Part shown: positions 31,501 through 41,619 of the stretch, one piece after another
Numbering within the stretch: position 1 is the first letter of the stretch
Layout of the letters: each line of letters begins with the position of its first letter
Assembly: GCA_963713045.1 (NCBI GenBank)
Contig: CAVQKE010000004.1
Coordinates: 1,184,001-1,248,000, forward strand
Source of the DNA: an uncultured delta proteobacterium
Lineage (GTDB): Bacteria > Myxococcota > Myxococcia > Myxococcales > Myxococcaceae
Length of the DNA stretch: 64,000 nt
Direction of reading: 5' to 3'
The notes under the pieces: model-generated
What the model was told of the DNA's origin: nothing
What the model saw: the letters and a program-made list of their open reading frames with translations, nothing else
Database searches by the model: none
Position numbers and translations under genes: made by a program

Positions 31501-33717
31501 CTACTCGGCGGGCTGTGGAAGCCACGGGCCAAAAGGCTCATCGGTTTGGTGCTCCACCCGATCGACCAGCCACCTATAGGCCTTGGCAATCTTCAGTTCT
31601 TCCTTACGGGGATCGTCTGGACGTATTTCCTCAGACAGTGCATTGCCAAAGTCCCTAGAGAGAGCAGTGAGAAGAATGGAGGAATTTGTAGTAGAGTGAA
31701 TCCTGTCGTAGAGCTCTCTCGTGAAAGTGTCGACTGAATGTATGCTGTCGATGTACCATCTCACAACCGCGATGGCCATTTTGGGGTTTTGTTCTATAGC
31801 CTTTTGAACAAGGTCTCCCACTTTCTGGGACGAGGAGCAACGAATCCAGACGTCAACCAGATCTCGTGAAACGCGTCGATTTTTGAAGTCGTAAAGGTAT
31901 CCACTTTGATGAACTTTATTGATTTTATCCGCGATCTGTGGATTCAATGCGGCAAACTCATCATTGGAGATCAGCGGTTCCGAATCCGAACTGCTTGAAT
32001 ATTGGTAGCTTCCATAGACTGAAAAGTGAGACTTCTGCTCCTCGTCCTTGGCACCGATAGCGACGAGACACCAATACAAAAAGAGAATTGCGCGGGCCTC
32101 GATTGGGCAAACGTCGAGCATTTGCTTAATCGTATCGCTTCGCCAATTCAGCGGCGGGTCACCCCAGGCCTGACGCGGGACATTTAAAACAAGTTGACGA
32201 ACTAATAGTGCGGCGTCGCTAGGGTGTGAAAAAGGAAACCCCCCCTCGACAAATCCTTCAAAATTGTGTCCAATGCAGCAGAGCGCGGGTGCTAGTTTCC
32301 TAGAAACCTCAATGTCGAGCAACTTTCGCCGTAAGGACAGTTTATCGATCAAGCGGTCTGGGCCAGCGGACGTGAAACCGTCGATAATTTTTTGAAGCTG
32401 AACGCCAGTCTCTTTTACGTCTCTCGTATCAATTCCGGCAAGGACCGACGCTATCCGGGAATCTCTAACTTCTGTTAACGGAACGTTGTAAGTGAAGAAG
32501 CGCTCGAAATAGTATTCTGAGGCGATGCGTTGGTCGTCGGCTAAATCGTCATAAGGGTTACGTCGAATTTGTGCAAAGGCATTGCGCGTCGCAACCATAG
32601 CCGGAAAGAGCTTTTTTAGCACCTCGTGCACGTTCTGCCTCGCTTGGAATGATGTACCGGATAGTGCAGGCTCGATGACCCGCTTCTCGAATTCATCCCT
32701 GCTTCCACGCCCCAAAAGGTAGTCTCGATTGGAACGGATAATCTCGTAGAGCTTTGGTACGAGAGCCCGGAGGGTCTCGATAACGATAAGGTCCACCGCG
32801 TTAACCTCCCCCTTTAAAAGAGCGAAGGCAAAAACGAGTGCGTTATCGATCCGTTTGCACTGTCTGGGCGTTTGCAATAGCTCGCTAAACAGACTGAAAT
32901 ACTCGTCTAACAATCTCGTTTGCGCGGTATCAAGCGTGATGCCTAAAGACTCAGTTGATTCTTTGATGCGTTCACGACAAAAGCCGAGCAGGACTTCCTT
33001 GGGAGTTTTTGGAAGTCGGAGCGGTACCTGGACGATTTTCTCTAGAAAACCGTGTCCGGTCTCTTCGTCGGAGATGTACCTTTGCTTCAAGGCGGCCGCG
33101 ACCATTTTGTCGTCGAATGCCAGGACGTAGGTGATGTACTTTAAGCTACCAGAAAGCTTGATAAGTCTGAACGAGGCCTGGACTTCCTCAAGCGAGAGTC
33201 TGTCAATGTCGTCCATGAGGACGACAAGCCGGGTTTGCTTTTCAACAAGAATGTCTTCAATCCTCCGTTTGAGCTCTTCAAGACTTAAATCACCATATTT
33301 TTTTGAGAATGCGCTGAGCACATCACCCACTTTGGGCATCAGCTTGAAAAGGTCTGCGAGTTCCTTCGCAGCTTTTTCTCTGTCTAGCGTCAATTTCGCC
33401 TTCAGGGTGTTTGCCAACGCGTTGAAAAAGCCTACTAGAAGTATTTCCTCGGTTTGATACCGCCACGGATTGAATTGCATCGAAATGATCTTCGGGCGCC
33501 CCTGTAGCTTTTGCTCGATAAAATTCAGTACGGTCGTTTTGCCGTCACCCCAAGGACCGTAGATTCCGATAACTATACTGCTTGAATCCTTAGTTGCGGC
33601 TATGCCTTCGGCTATCGCACTCGAGAAAGAAGCGCGGTCGAATCGATCCTGCTCGATCGCGCTGAGTGGCGCATCTGTGGCATATGAGCGACCGGCTTCC
33701 GCTGATTGATCATTCAT
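31501..33717 (-). CDS. KAP-family P-loop NTPase
   Basis: GIYGPWGDGKT, FNPW, VLMDDIDRL, FLEKIVQVP, TPRQCKR. Confidence 0.92.
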   Translation of the reverse strand: MNDQSAEAGRSYATDAPLSAIEQDRFDRASFSSAIAEGIAATKDSSSIVIGIYGPWGDGKTTVLNFIEQKLQGRPKIISMQFNPWRYQTEEILLVGFFNALANTLKAKLTLDREKAAKELADLFKLMPKVGDVLSAFSKKYGDLSLEELKRRIEDILVEKQTRLVVLMDDIDRLSLEEVQASFRLIKLSGSLKYITYVLAFDDKMVAAALKQRYISDEETGHGFLEKIVQVPLRLPKTPKEVLLGFCRERIKESTESLGITLDTAQTRLLDEYFSLFSELLQTPRQCKRIDNALVFAFALLKGEVNAVDLIVIETLRALVPKLYEIIRSNRDYLLGRGSRDEFEKRVIEPALSGTSFQARQNVHEVLKKLFPAMVATRNAFAQIRRNPYDDLADDQRIASEYYFERFFTYNVPLTEVRDSRIASVLAGIDTRDVKETGVQLQKIIDGFTSAGPDRLIDKLSLRRKLLDIEVSRKLAPALCCIGHNFEGFVEGGFPFSHPSDAALLVRQLVLNVPRQAWGDPPLNWRSDTIKQMLDVCPIEARAILFLYWCLVAIGAKDEEQKSHFSVYGSYQYSSSSDSEPLISNDEFAALNPQIADKINKVHQSGYLYDFKNRRVSRDLVDVWIRCSSSQKVGDLVQKAIEQNPKMAIAVVRWYIDSIHSVDTFTRELYDRIHSTTNSSILLTALSRDFGNALSEEIRPDDPRKEELKIAKAYRWLVDRVEHQTDEPFGPWLPQPAE

Positions 33718-33823
33718 ATCTCAGTTCATTTTTACGAAACTTGCGCCAAATTTCTACAACAGCGCAAGGCAAACCGATAGACGGGGTTTTGCTGTTCGAG
33801 CGAAAAGTCGCTCAAGTGGTAAA

Positions 33824-33850
33824 GACACGGTGAAGGAATTTCACCGTGTC
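33824..33850. promoter_or_regulatory. Perfect 11-bp inverted repeat upstream of the KAP gene
   Basis: GACACGGTGAA-GGAAT-TTCACCGTGTC. Confidence 0.4.
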
Positions 33851-34289
33851 GGAAGAGAAGAGTAAGCGTTAGACCAAAGCCACGGCGTCCGGCGACTCGA
33901 CGACTCTTGGGAGACTCGTGCGGCCCCTCTCAACTTTGGCGGAGAGTCCAACTGGCAGGCGTCAGCTCGCTGACACGGTTGGCGGGGACCTCGGCCGTCT
34001 ATAGGCATATCGTCGTTCCTGTCAGTGTATATGTTGTAATTATGCGAGCAGCAGCAATCGACACCCTACCTGATTGTTGCACGTTTGGCTTGGTGCTCGC
34101 ATCCCGCTGTTAGAGGATGTTTCAAAAGTCCTGGCAGATCAAGACTCACGGTACGCGGACTAGGGTTCGCCCCAGCTGTTTGGAAGCTGGAATGGGGAAA
34201 CATAGTCGGTGAAATAATGACAGAATCGGGACTTTTTAAACACCCGCTTAACTTTAAAAGGAGTAAACTCGAATGCCACAGACTGACGC

Positions 34290-34940
34290 TTGCGCGGCGC
34301 CTATTGTCCCTTGATCGTTCCTTTCCGCGACGGGAAAATCGACTACGACACTTACGGCGAGCTGATCGAACGCCAGATCGCCGAAGGAACGCACGGTCTA
34401 CTGGTCAATGCGACCAGCGGCGAGCCGACGATGTTGACGCTGGAAGCTGGAAGAGCGCGCCCAGCTCGTCGAGTTCGTCATTAAGACATCCGCCGGCCGC
34501 CGCCCGGTCTGCGCTGGGACGGCTTCGGAATCTTTCGACGAAAATGCCTCGCTGGTTGATCGCTTCGACAAGGCGGGCGCGGATTCGATTCTGGTGGTCA
34601 CGCCGTTCTACTCGGCCCGCCGCAGCGCGGGGCGGTGTCATATTTTCGCCAGCCTCGGCGCGCGCACGAAAAGGCCTTTCTTAATCTATCATATTCCGGC
34701 GCGTGCCGGCTTTACCCTCGCGGTCGATACCCTGGCTGCGATCAAGGACAAGGTGCCGCATTTTCGCGGCCTCAAGAATACCGATACCGACGTCGGCCTT
34801 GTCACCGGTGCGTTTGCGCGTCTCGGGCGCGACTTTCGCATCTTTGCCGACCTGGAGCTTCCGACCTGCCGATGCTTAGCATCGGAGGCTGCGGAATGAT
34901 GATCACAGCGAGCAATGTCGCGCCACGAATGGTGAGGATC
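34290..34940 (+). pseudogene. DapA-family (dihydrodipicolinate synthase-like) pseudogene
   Basis: LRGAYCPLIVPF...GTHGLLVNATSGE, VVTPFY, IYHIPAR, GLKNT in successive frames; truncated. Confidence 0.85.
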
Positions 34941-35533
34941 GGAGACGAACGTCGCTATAAGGTTGCCGAGTTCTTCTGATGTCATAATGGGTTTCCAGTA
35001 GTAAACGGAACCGAGAACAGCTCTATGGCGTTCAGTTTTATGAACAACTCAGACTGCTCGCGTGTAAAATTGCCCCGTAGCTACCACCATAGTGGAGTTG
35101 CACCCGAGGTTGCAACTCGAGCGCCGACTGATCGCCGGGTTAAGGGTAACATCAGCCAACGCGTTCTCATCTAAAATAGCTGGAGATGCCGGTTCCCCAC
35201 CCTTCCCTCCCCCACCCTAGCGTTGATTCGAGTGGAGCTTGTGCCTCTGTCAGCCGGTCTTTCTCGGAATCAGGGTGTAAGGTGTCCCCTATCGTGAATG
35301 ATAAAGGACGTTATCATACACGATGTCGGACGGGGAAGGGAATATTGCGGTGTCACTTTGCTATTTGGCATATCGGGTGCCACTTCTTGAGACCGCCCTC
35401 GGGCTCGACGGGGAGAAAGTCTGAATCGGCCAGCAATATTTTTGGCGCTCAGGGAAATGAGTGTCATAGAATTGTGAGTTTCGCCAGTTCACCCGTGATT
35501 TTTGTCGAAGGGACAGACCCTAATGATGAAACA

Positions 35534-36061
35534 ATGAGAGTGCGAGAGGGAACGGCTATTTTATCCGCCACCGACTTGGCAAATCACTTGTCATGTCGTC
35601 ATCTCACCACCCTGGATCTCCTTCTCGCGAAAGGGGAGATCACAGAGCCCTCGTGGGAGAACCCACATCTCCACGTACTTCAGCAGCGAGGATTGGAGCA
35701 CGAAAAAGCTTACATCGAAAGCCTCCAGTCTAAAGGACTCGCGATCGTCGATCTTTCGAATGAGGCGGAGGCGACAGCGGGCGAAGCAACGCGCGCGGCC
35801 ATGAACAGCGGAGTTCAGGCCATCGTTCAGGCCGGTTTGGGGAGCGGCGATTGGAGGGGGCGCGCTGACGTACTGATTCGAGTAGAACGGCTCGAAAAAC
35901 CGAGCCGCTTAGGCAATTGGTCCTACGAAGTCGTAGACTGCAAACTGGCGCGTGAAACTAAAGCTGAAACCATCCTTCAACTCTGCCTCTATTCGGAGCT
36001 CGTCACGGAGCTGCAGGGCCTGGAGCCGGAACCCACTACCACGTCATACTTCTGGCCGTAG
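35534..36061 (+). pseudogene. TM0106-family RecB-like nuclease, N-terminal fragment
   Basis: SATDLANHLSCRHL, GLEHE, GRADVL, YEVVDCKLA, LQLCLY; sequence breaks near 36030. Confidence 0.8.
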
Positions 36062-37728
36062 CGGTGACAGCGGCCGATGCGCTGCTCGATGCGTTGAGGA
36101 TTCCACGGGAGATCGTAATTCACGACGAGTGAGCAGAATTGGAGATTGATGCCCTCAGCTGCTGCTTCGGTAGCGATCATGATTGTGGCCTCTTCGCGGA
36201 AGTAGTCTACGAGAGCGGCGCGTTTGTCGGCGGTCGGTGAGCCGCTCACGCGATCGGTGCCTTGATGTTTCGCTAGCCACCCGCGGTGGATCTCTTTGGA
36301 CTCTGAATCGTCGTTTGTACCGTTGAAAAGCACGATCTTTCCAACGAACTCCGTGTCTTGGAGGATGTTGCGAAGATACTCCTGAGTGCGCCTACTCTCG
36401 GTGAAGATGATCGCCTTGCCGTTACTTCCACGCGCGCGCGCCTCGTCAAAGCCACGCTGGAGGGCAGTCATTAACACTTCACCCTTCGAGTTTTTGATAA
36501 TGGATTTCGCCAAATCACCAAACTCTCTGAGCGTCCGCACCTCTTGCTTCATCTCCGCAATTTGTTCCGGCGTGTATACCCGCTCGGGCTTGGACTCTTC
36601 AATATCCGGGCCTTCTTCGTCTGTCTCCCACTCGTCCTCCAATTCATCCAAGGTCTCGAAGTTGTCGCCGAGGTCATCAGGTGGCTCGTTCACGCCCTCC
36701 GCTTCTTTCGCTGCGTTTTCCAACCTCAATGCCAGACCCTCCAACGTGCCAGAGATGGCGTAAGTCGATGATGCAAGTAGTTTGCGGAGGATGAGCGTCA
36801 TCAGCTTTCGCTGACGCGGTGGGAGGGCGTGGAGGGCGGGCCGTTGGAGGTAGTCGGAGACTAAATCGTAGAGTCGCTGCTCATCGTCCGTTGGGTAAAA
36901 CTCCTGCGTGATCGGAATTCGATTTGTGAAATTAATGTATTCGAGCACTTGGCGACGCAGCGTGCGCTGACACACGGGCTTCAGCCGTTCTTTCAAATCG
37001 GTGAACTGGCTATCGCCAGTAAGACGTGAGAATTGCGCTTTGAAACTCTTGAGATCGCCGAACGTGTATTCGTCCACGAAGCTAACGAGGCCAAAGAGTT
37101 CGAGCAGAGAGTTTTGCAGTGGGGTAGCCGTGAGTAGTACTTTCTTCGACGCGCGAGCCACGGCCTGCTTTATCGAGTTGGCAATTTTGTTTGTCGGTTT
37201 ATAGACGTTCCGAAGGCGATGAGCTTCATCGATAATCACTAAATCCCAGTCGATCTGCTCCACGTAAGGCTCCTTCGTGCGCGCGAACTGGTAGGAGCAA
37301 ACAACGATTCCCGGTTGAAGGAACGGATTTAAGTTCCCTTTTTTGATATGCTCACTGAATGATCGTACCTCCAGAATCACCGATGGCAGGAAGAATTTGT
37401 CGGCGAGTTCCTCACTCCATTGTTTCCGCAAGTTGGCCGGAACAATCACTAGCAGCTTGCGCCGCCGCTCGGCCCACTTTTGGGAAAGCAAAATACCCGC
37501 CTCGATGGTTTTACCGAGACCAACTTCGTCGGCCAGAATCGCGCCTTTTGAGAGCGGTGAGCGAAAAGCAAAGAGGGCTGCGTCAATCTGGTGCGGGTTC
37601 AGATCAACTTTTGCATCCGCAAGGGATGCCGCGAGTTTGCCGACGCTGTCTGAGGGGCAGCGCTTCGTCAGCTCGTGAGCGAAGTATTTGGCGTGGTAGT
37701 CAGTAAACACATCTTCGAGGCGAGTCAC
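35989..37728 (-). pseudogene. SNF2-family helicase, C-terminally truncated
   Basis: LNPHQ, LADEVGLGKT, DEAH, LTATP, EGINLQ, YDLPWNPQRIEQRIGRCHRYGQ; breaks at DVVV near 36030. Confidence 0.85.
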
Positions 37729-38246
37729 GTTTTCATGGACGCATCAAGCCCTATTTCTCTGCGAAAGCGTCACCGTTGCGAGGGAAACGTGGCGGCGCAT
37801 TGCCCTTCCCTGTCCACGGTCTAATGTCATACAAAATTATATGGAGTGTAATCACCATAAATCCACCTTTTATTTAACCATATTCATTTCGGCTCCCCTA
37901 TGAAGCTCACGACCGAAAGCTCCCAGAATCTCTTGTGTGAGATGTCAATGCAGATCAGGGAGAAAAGACTTTCTCCCCGTCGAGCCCCAAGGCGGTCTCT
38001 CCTTCCTCTTTCTCCTAAGCGAACCCAGGTTCGCTTAAAATCACTCCTTTAGCTTGTCTGGCTACGCCAGATCCAATCCGAACCCACGGGCGGCCTTCGG
38101 TGCAAGAGTGCCGTCTGCGGCTTAAACGGTGTCAGCGGTCAGTCAAAACCGGCCACTAGTGGTCGAAATTAAGGGCTTCAAAACCAGCCACTTTTAAGAA
38201 CACAAAACAGCTCCACGGGTCTGTGGGAATGCGGGACCAATGGGGC

Positions 38247-39758
38247 ATGTCGAATGTCCTGAAAGTGAGCTTGCTAGCAGCGATTTACAGTTTACACGAC
38301 AAAGGTTGGTCCCGGCGGCGGATAGCCCGCGAGCTTGGGCTCAATCGCGAGACGGTTGGCCGGTATTTACGCTTGGCAAAACCAGCCATTTCGACCGCCG
38401 GCTTTGAGGAGCCTTGCCAAGCAAAACCGGCCATTCCGACCGCCGGCACAATTGCAGGGCGAAAGAGTCAATGCGAACCGCTGGCCGAAGCGATTCTTGC
38501 CAAGGTCGAAGTGGGTTTAAGTGCACGGCGTATTTACCAGGATCTGGTCGAGGAAAATGGCTTCGCGGATTCCTATGAATCGGTCAAGCGCTTTGTCCGC
38601 AAGCAACGAGCCAGTCATCCGGAGCGGGTTTGGCGCCTGGAATGTCAACCGGGAGAAGAGCTGCAGCTGGACTTCGGCTTGGGGGCTCCGATCGATGAAG
38701 ACCAGGGTAGAACACGCCGCAGTTGGATCTTGCGCCTGGTATTGAGCTATTCGCGTAAGGGCTATAGTGAAGCGCTTTACCGCCAGGACACCGAGACCTT
38801 CCTGCGCTGCCTGGAAAATGGGTTGCGCAGCTTTGGTGGAACGCCGCTGTTATTAAATCTGGATAACTTTAAAGCGGCAGTACGCAACGCCGACTGGTTT
38901 GATCCGGACATCAATCCAAAGCTGGCGGACTTTTGCCGTCACTACGGCATGCATGTGCTGCCCTGCCGTCCCGGAAGGCCCGAACACAAAGGGAAAGTCG
39001 AACGTGGGATCGCTTATGTACGCTCCAACGCTTTGAAGGGAAGGCGCTTCAAGTCTTTAAGTGAAGAAAACCGCTTTCTCTCTCAGTGGGAAAGCCAAGT
39101 CGCTGACAAGCGCATCCACGGAACGACGCGTAAACAGGTCATCGCCCTTTTCGAAGAAGAACGGGCTCACCTCCAAGGGCTTCCGAACTCGCTCTTTCCC
39201 AGTTACCAAGAAGCCAAACGTAACGTTCACCGCGACAGTTACGTCGAAGTGGCCCGCTCCTTTTACGAAGTCCCCGCCGAATACGTCGGCCACCAGGTGT
39301 GGGTGCGCTGGGACGGCCGCTGCGTGCGCGTTTTCAATCAGCGGATGGAACAGATCCAGATCCACTCCAGGGTTGAACCAGGCCGCTTTAGTCGCGTGCT
39401 GGGCGCAGGAGGCTTCAATGCGCCGGTCATCAGCTCATGCCGTTACTGGATCAGCCGGGCCGGGGTTCTTGGCGAGCCATGCGGCCAATGGGCTCAAGGG
39501 GCGTTCGATCTACGTGGAGCCGAATCGCTACGTTCCATTATGGGCCTGTGCGGCTTGATTAAGAATCACTCGGCTAGCGCAATCAATGAGGCCTGTTCAA
39601 AGGCGCTCAAAGCCGGCACCTACCGCTTTAAAGATATTAGGCGTCTCATCGGCGAGCAAAGCGAACAAAAGAGTTTTGCTTTCGCTGACAACCACCCTCT
39701 TATCCGCGATCTGACGGTCTACTCGAACTTTATCAACCAGTTCCACTCACATGAATAA
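38247..39758 (+). CDS. istA: IS21-family transposase
   Basis: PGEELQLDFG, LDNFKA, HKGKVE. Confidence 0.95.
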   Translation: MSNVLKVSLLAAIYSLHDKGWSRRRIARELGLNRETVGRYLRLAKPAISTAGFEEPCQAKPAIPTAGTIAGRKSQCEPLAEAILAKVEVGLSARRIYQDLVEENGFADSYESVKRFVRKQRASHPERVWRLECQPGEELQLDFGLGAPIDEDQGRTRRSWILRLVLSYSRKGYSEALYRQDTETFLRCLENGLRSFGGTPLLLNLDNFKAAVRNADWFDPDINPKLADFCRHYGMHVLPCRPGRPEHKGKVERGIAYVRSNALKGRRFKSLSEENRFLSQWESQVADKRIHGTTRKQVIALFEEERAHLQGLPNSLFPSYQEAKRNVHRDSYVEVARSFYEVPAEYVGHQVWVRWDGRCVRVFNQRMEQIQIHSRVEPGRFSRVLGAGGFNAPVISSCRYWISRAGVLGEPCGQWAQGAFDLRGAESLRSIMGLCGLIKNHSASAINEACSKALKAGTYRFKDIRRLIGEQSEQKSFAFADNHPLIRDLTVYSNFINQFHSHE

Positions 39759-40536
39759 TACCCTTAAACAACACGCTCACACTCTGCGTCTGTCTGGATT
39801 GCTCCAAAGCCTGGAGTTGAGGCTGCAGGAAGCCGAAGCCAATCACTTGCCCTACGCTCAGTTCCTTGAACTACTGTTCCAGGACGAGATCAATGTCCGC
39901 CATCAACGCTTCATCAGCCGGCGTCAGAAACTCGCCGACTTCCGCGAGCTACGCTCATTGGAGAACTTCGACTTCCACTTTAATCCTGGGATAAACCGAG
40001 CCCAGATCTATGAACTGGCCACGGGCCGCTTCGTCACTGATCGGCGCGATGTACTCCTGGTTGGTCCACCGGGAGTCGGAAAAAGCCATCTGGTACAGGC
40101 CATCGGTCGCGAAGTACTCAAAGCCGGCTTCCTAGTCCTTTACCGCTCAATCTTTGATCTGGTGCGTGAATTACTCTGTCAGGAAACCCAGGCCGGTGAA
40201 GGCCGGCTCTTAAGCAAATACCTCAAACCCGATCTGCTCATCATTGACGATATGGGGCTGAAGGTTCTGCCGCAAAAAAGCGGTGAAATCCTCTTGGAGA
40301 TCATTATCCGTCGTTACGAAAATCGTTCCACCATGATGACTTCCAACCGGCCCATCGAAGAATGGGGCAAACTACTAAACGATGTTCCTGCAGCCAGCGC
40401 CATCCTTGATCGTTTGCTCCATCATGCCGAAATCATCCCTGTCAACGGTCGAAGCTACCGACTCCGAGCAAATACCAAACACGCTCCAGTCCCAGAGCGC
40501 TCCGCATCCTCCAGTTCCAGTCCAAATCCGGCATAA
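39751..40536 (+). CDS. istB: IS21 helper ATPase
   Basis: GPPGVGKS, IIDDMG, TSNRP, AILDRLLHH. Confidence 0.95.
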   Translation: MNNTLKQHAHTLRLSGLLQSLELRLQEAEANHLPYAQFLELLFQDEINVRHQRFISRRQKLADFRELRSLENFDFHFNPGINRAQIYELATGRFVTDRRDVLLVGPPGVGKSHLVQAIGREVLKAGFLVLYRSIFDLVRELLCQETQAGEGRLLSKYLKPDLLIIDDMGLKVLPQKSGEILLEIIIRRYENRSTMMTSNRPIEEWGKLLNDVPAASAILDRLLHHAEIIPVNGRSYRLRANTKHAPVPERSASSSSSPNPA

Positions 40537-40917
40537 ACGGTGCCTCCCTACGGGCTGCCCGCCATTTATTCCGTTTTGGCCTTGATCTGGAGCATGCTCC
40601 GCGCAGAGCCGGTCACTGTAATTTGCATTTTGATCGTGCTCGCTCGTTCCTCGCTCACACTAATAAAATGCAAATTACAATTCCACAAAACGTTACTTGA
40701 AAAGCCCTCCTGATGCCTTTATTTACTCAAAATAGTGGCCGGTTTTGATTCGACCATCACTGGCTGGTTTTGATTCGACCGCCGACAACGGATTCCTTCC
40801 TCGTCTCGCACACTCGCGAGGCACCTTCCATTTAAATCCTCAACCGCTGGCGCGCTCTTGCTCCTACGGCCTCTTTCCGTGGGCCGCTTTGCTTCGCTTC
40901 GCTTTCGGCCAAAAAAT

Positions 40918-41619
40918 ATGGCACACCATATTTTTCAGCTCGAAACCGACCTTCAAAATATTCCCGAAGCTGCTCCCAAAGCCTCGCGGAGCTTCTCCCT
41001 CTCCGAAAAGCTGGCACGTTACGGTTCATCCACGTTATCCGGCGTGGAGCATCTGCGATTGTTGGTTGGAAAAGATTCACATGCCGACGCGTTGCTGCGG
41101 CATTTCGGTTCTCTTAAGGCGTTGTCTCGCGCCTCGTTTAAAGAACTGCGTCAATTCCTTCCAAAAGGCAAAGCAGAGGCGGTCATGGCAGCTCTCTCGA
41201 TCTCCAATGTTGTCGACGCCGAACATGCCTTATCATGTCCCCTGAGTAACGCTGAGGCGATTTATCGGGCAAATCTTGATATGAAAGGGTTTCACCAAGA
41301 GGTTGTACGTGTCGTTTTGTTAGATGCCCAGAACCGTTGCGTCACGAAGGTAGACATTTCCAAAGGTACCGTGAACGAATCTCTTGCGGGCCCACGTGAG
41401 ATTTTGCGGCCGGCGATCATTCATTCGGCCTACGCGTTCGTGCTCGTGCACAACCACCCATCAGGCGCCGCAAAACCTTCTGAAGCGGATCTACAAATCA
41501 CCCAGCGAGTGGCTGCGGCTGCGCAGATTCTTCAAATTAATTTCCTGGATCACGTCATCGTTGGCCGGGGCTTCTTCAGTTTCCAAGAAGCAGGACTTTT
41601 GTGTCTTCATCTCTACTAG
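40918..41619 (+). CDS. radC: RadC/JAB domain protein
   Basis: E...GTVNES...PREI...HNHPSG...PSEAD...LDHVIVG. Confidence 0.9.
   Translation: MAHHIFQLETDLQNIPEAAPKASRSFSLSEKLARYGSSTLSGVEHLRLLVGKDSHADALLRHFGSLKALSRASFKELRQFLPKGKAEAVMAALSISNVVDAEHALSCPLSNAEAIYRANLDMKGFHQEVVRVVLLDAQNRCVTKVDISKGTVNESLAGPREILRPAIIHSAYAFVLVHNHPSGAAKPSEADLQITQRVAAAAQILQINFLDHVIVGRGFFSFQEAGLLCLHLY

Larger units (their letters stand above)
38130..40787 (+). mobile_element. IS21-family element
   Basis: TGTCAGCGGTC...GACCGCCGACA ends, repeated CAAAACC(G/A)GCCA motifs, 4-bp flanking repeat ACGG. Confidence 0.88.

Noticed and set aside
33862..33880. GTAAGCGT, resembling an IS66 end
   Set aside because: Only 8 bp; no partner end or tnpABC genes.
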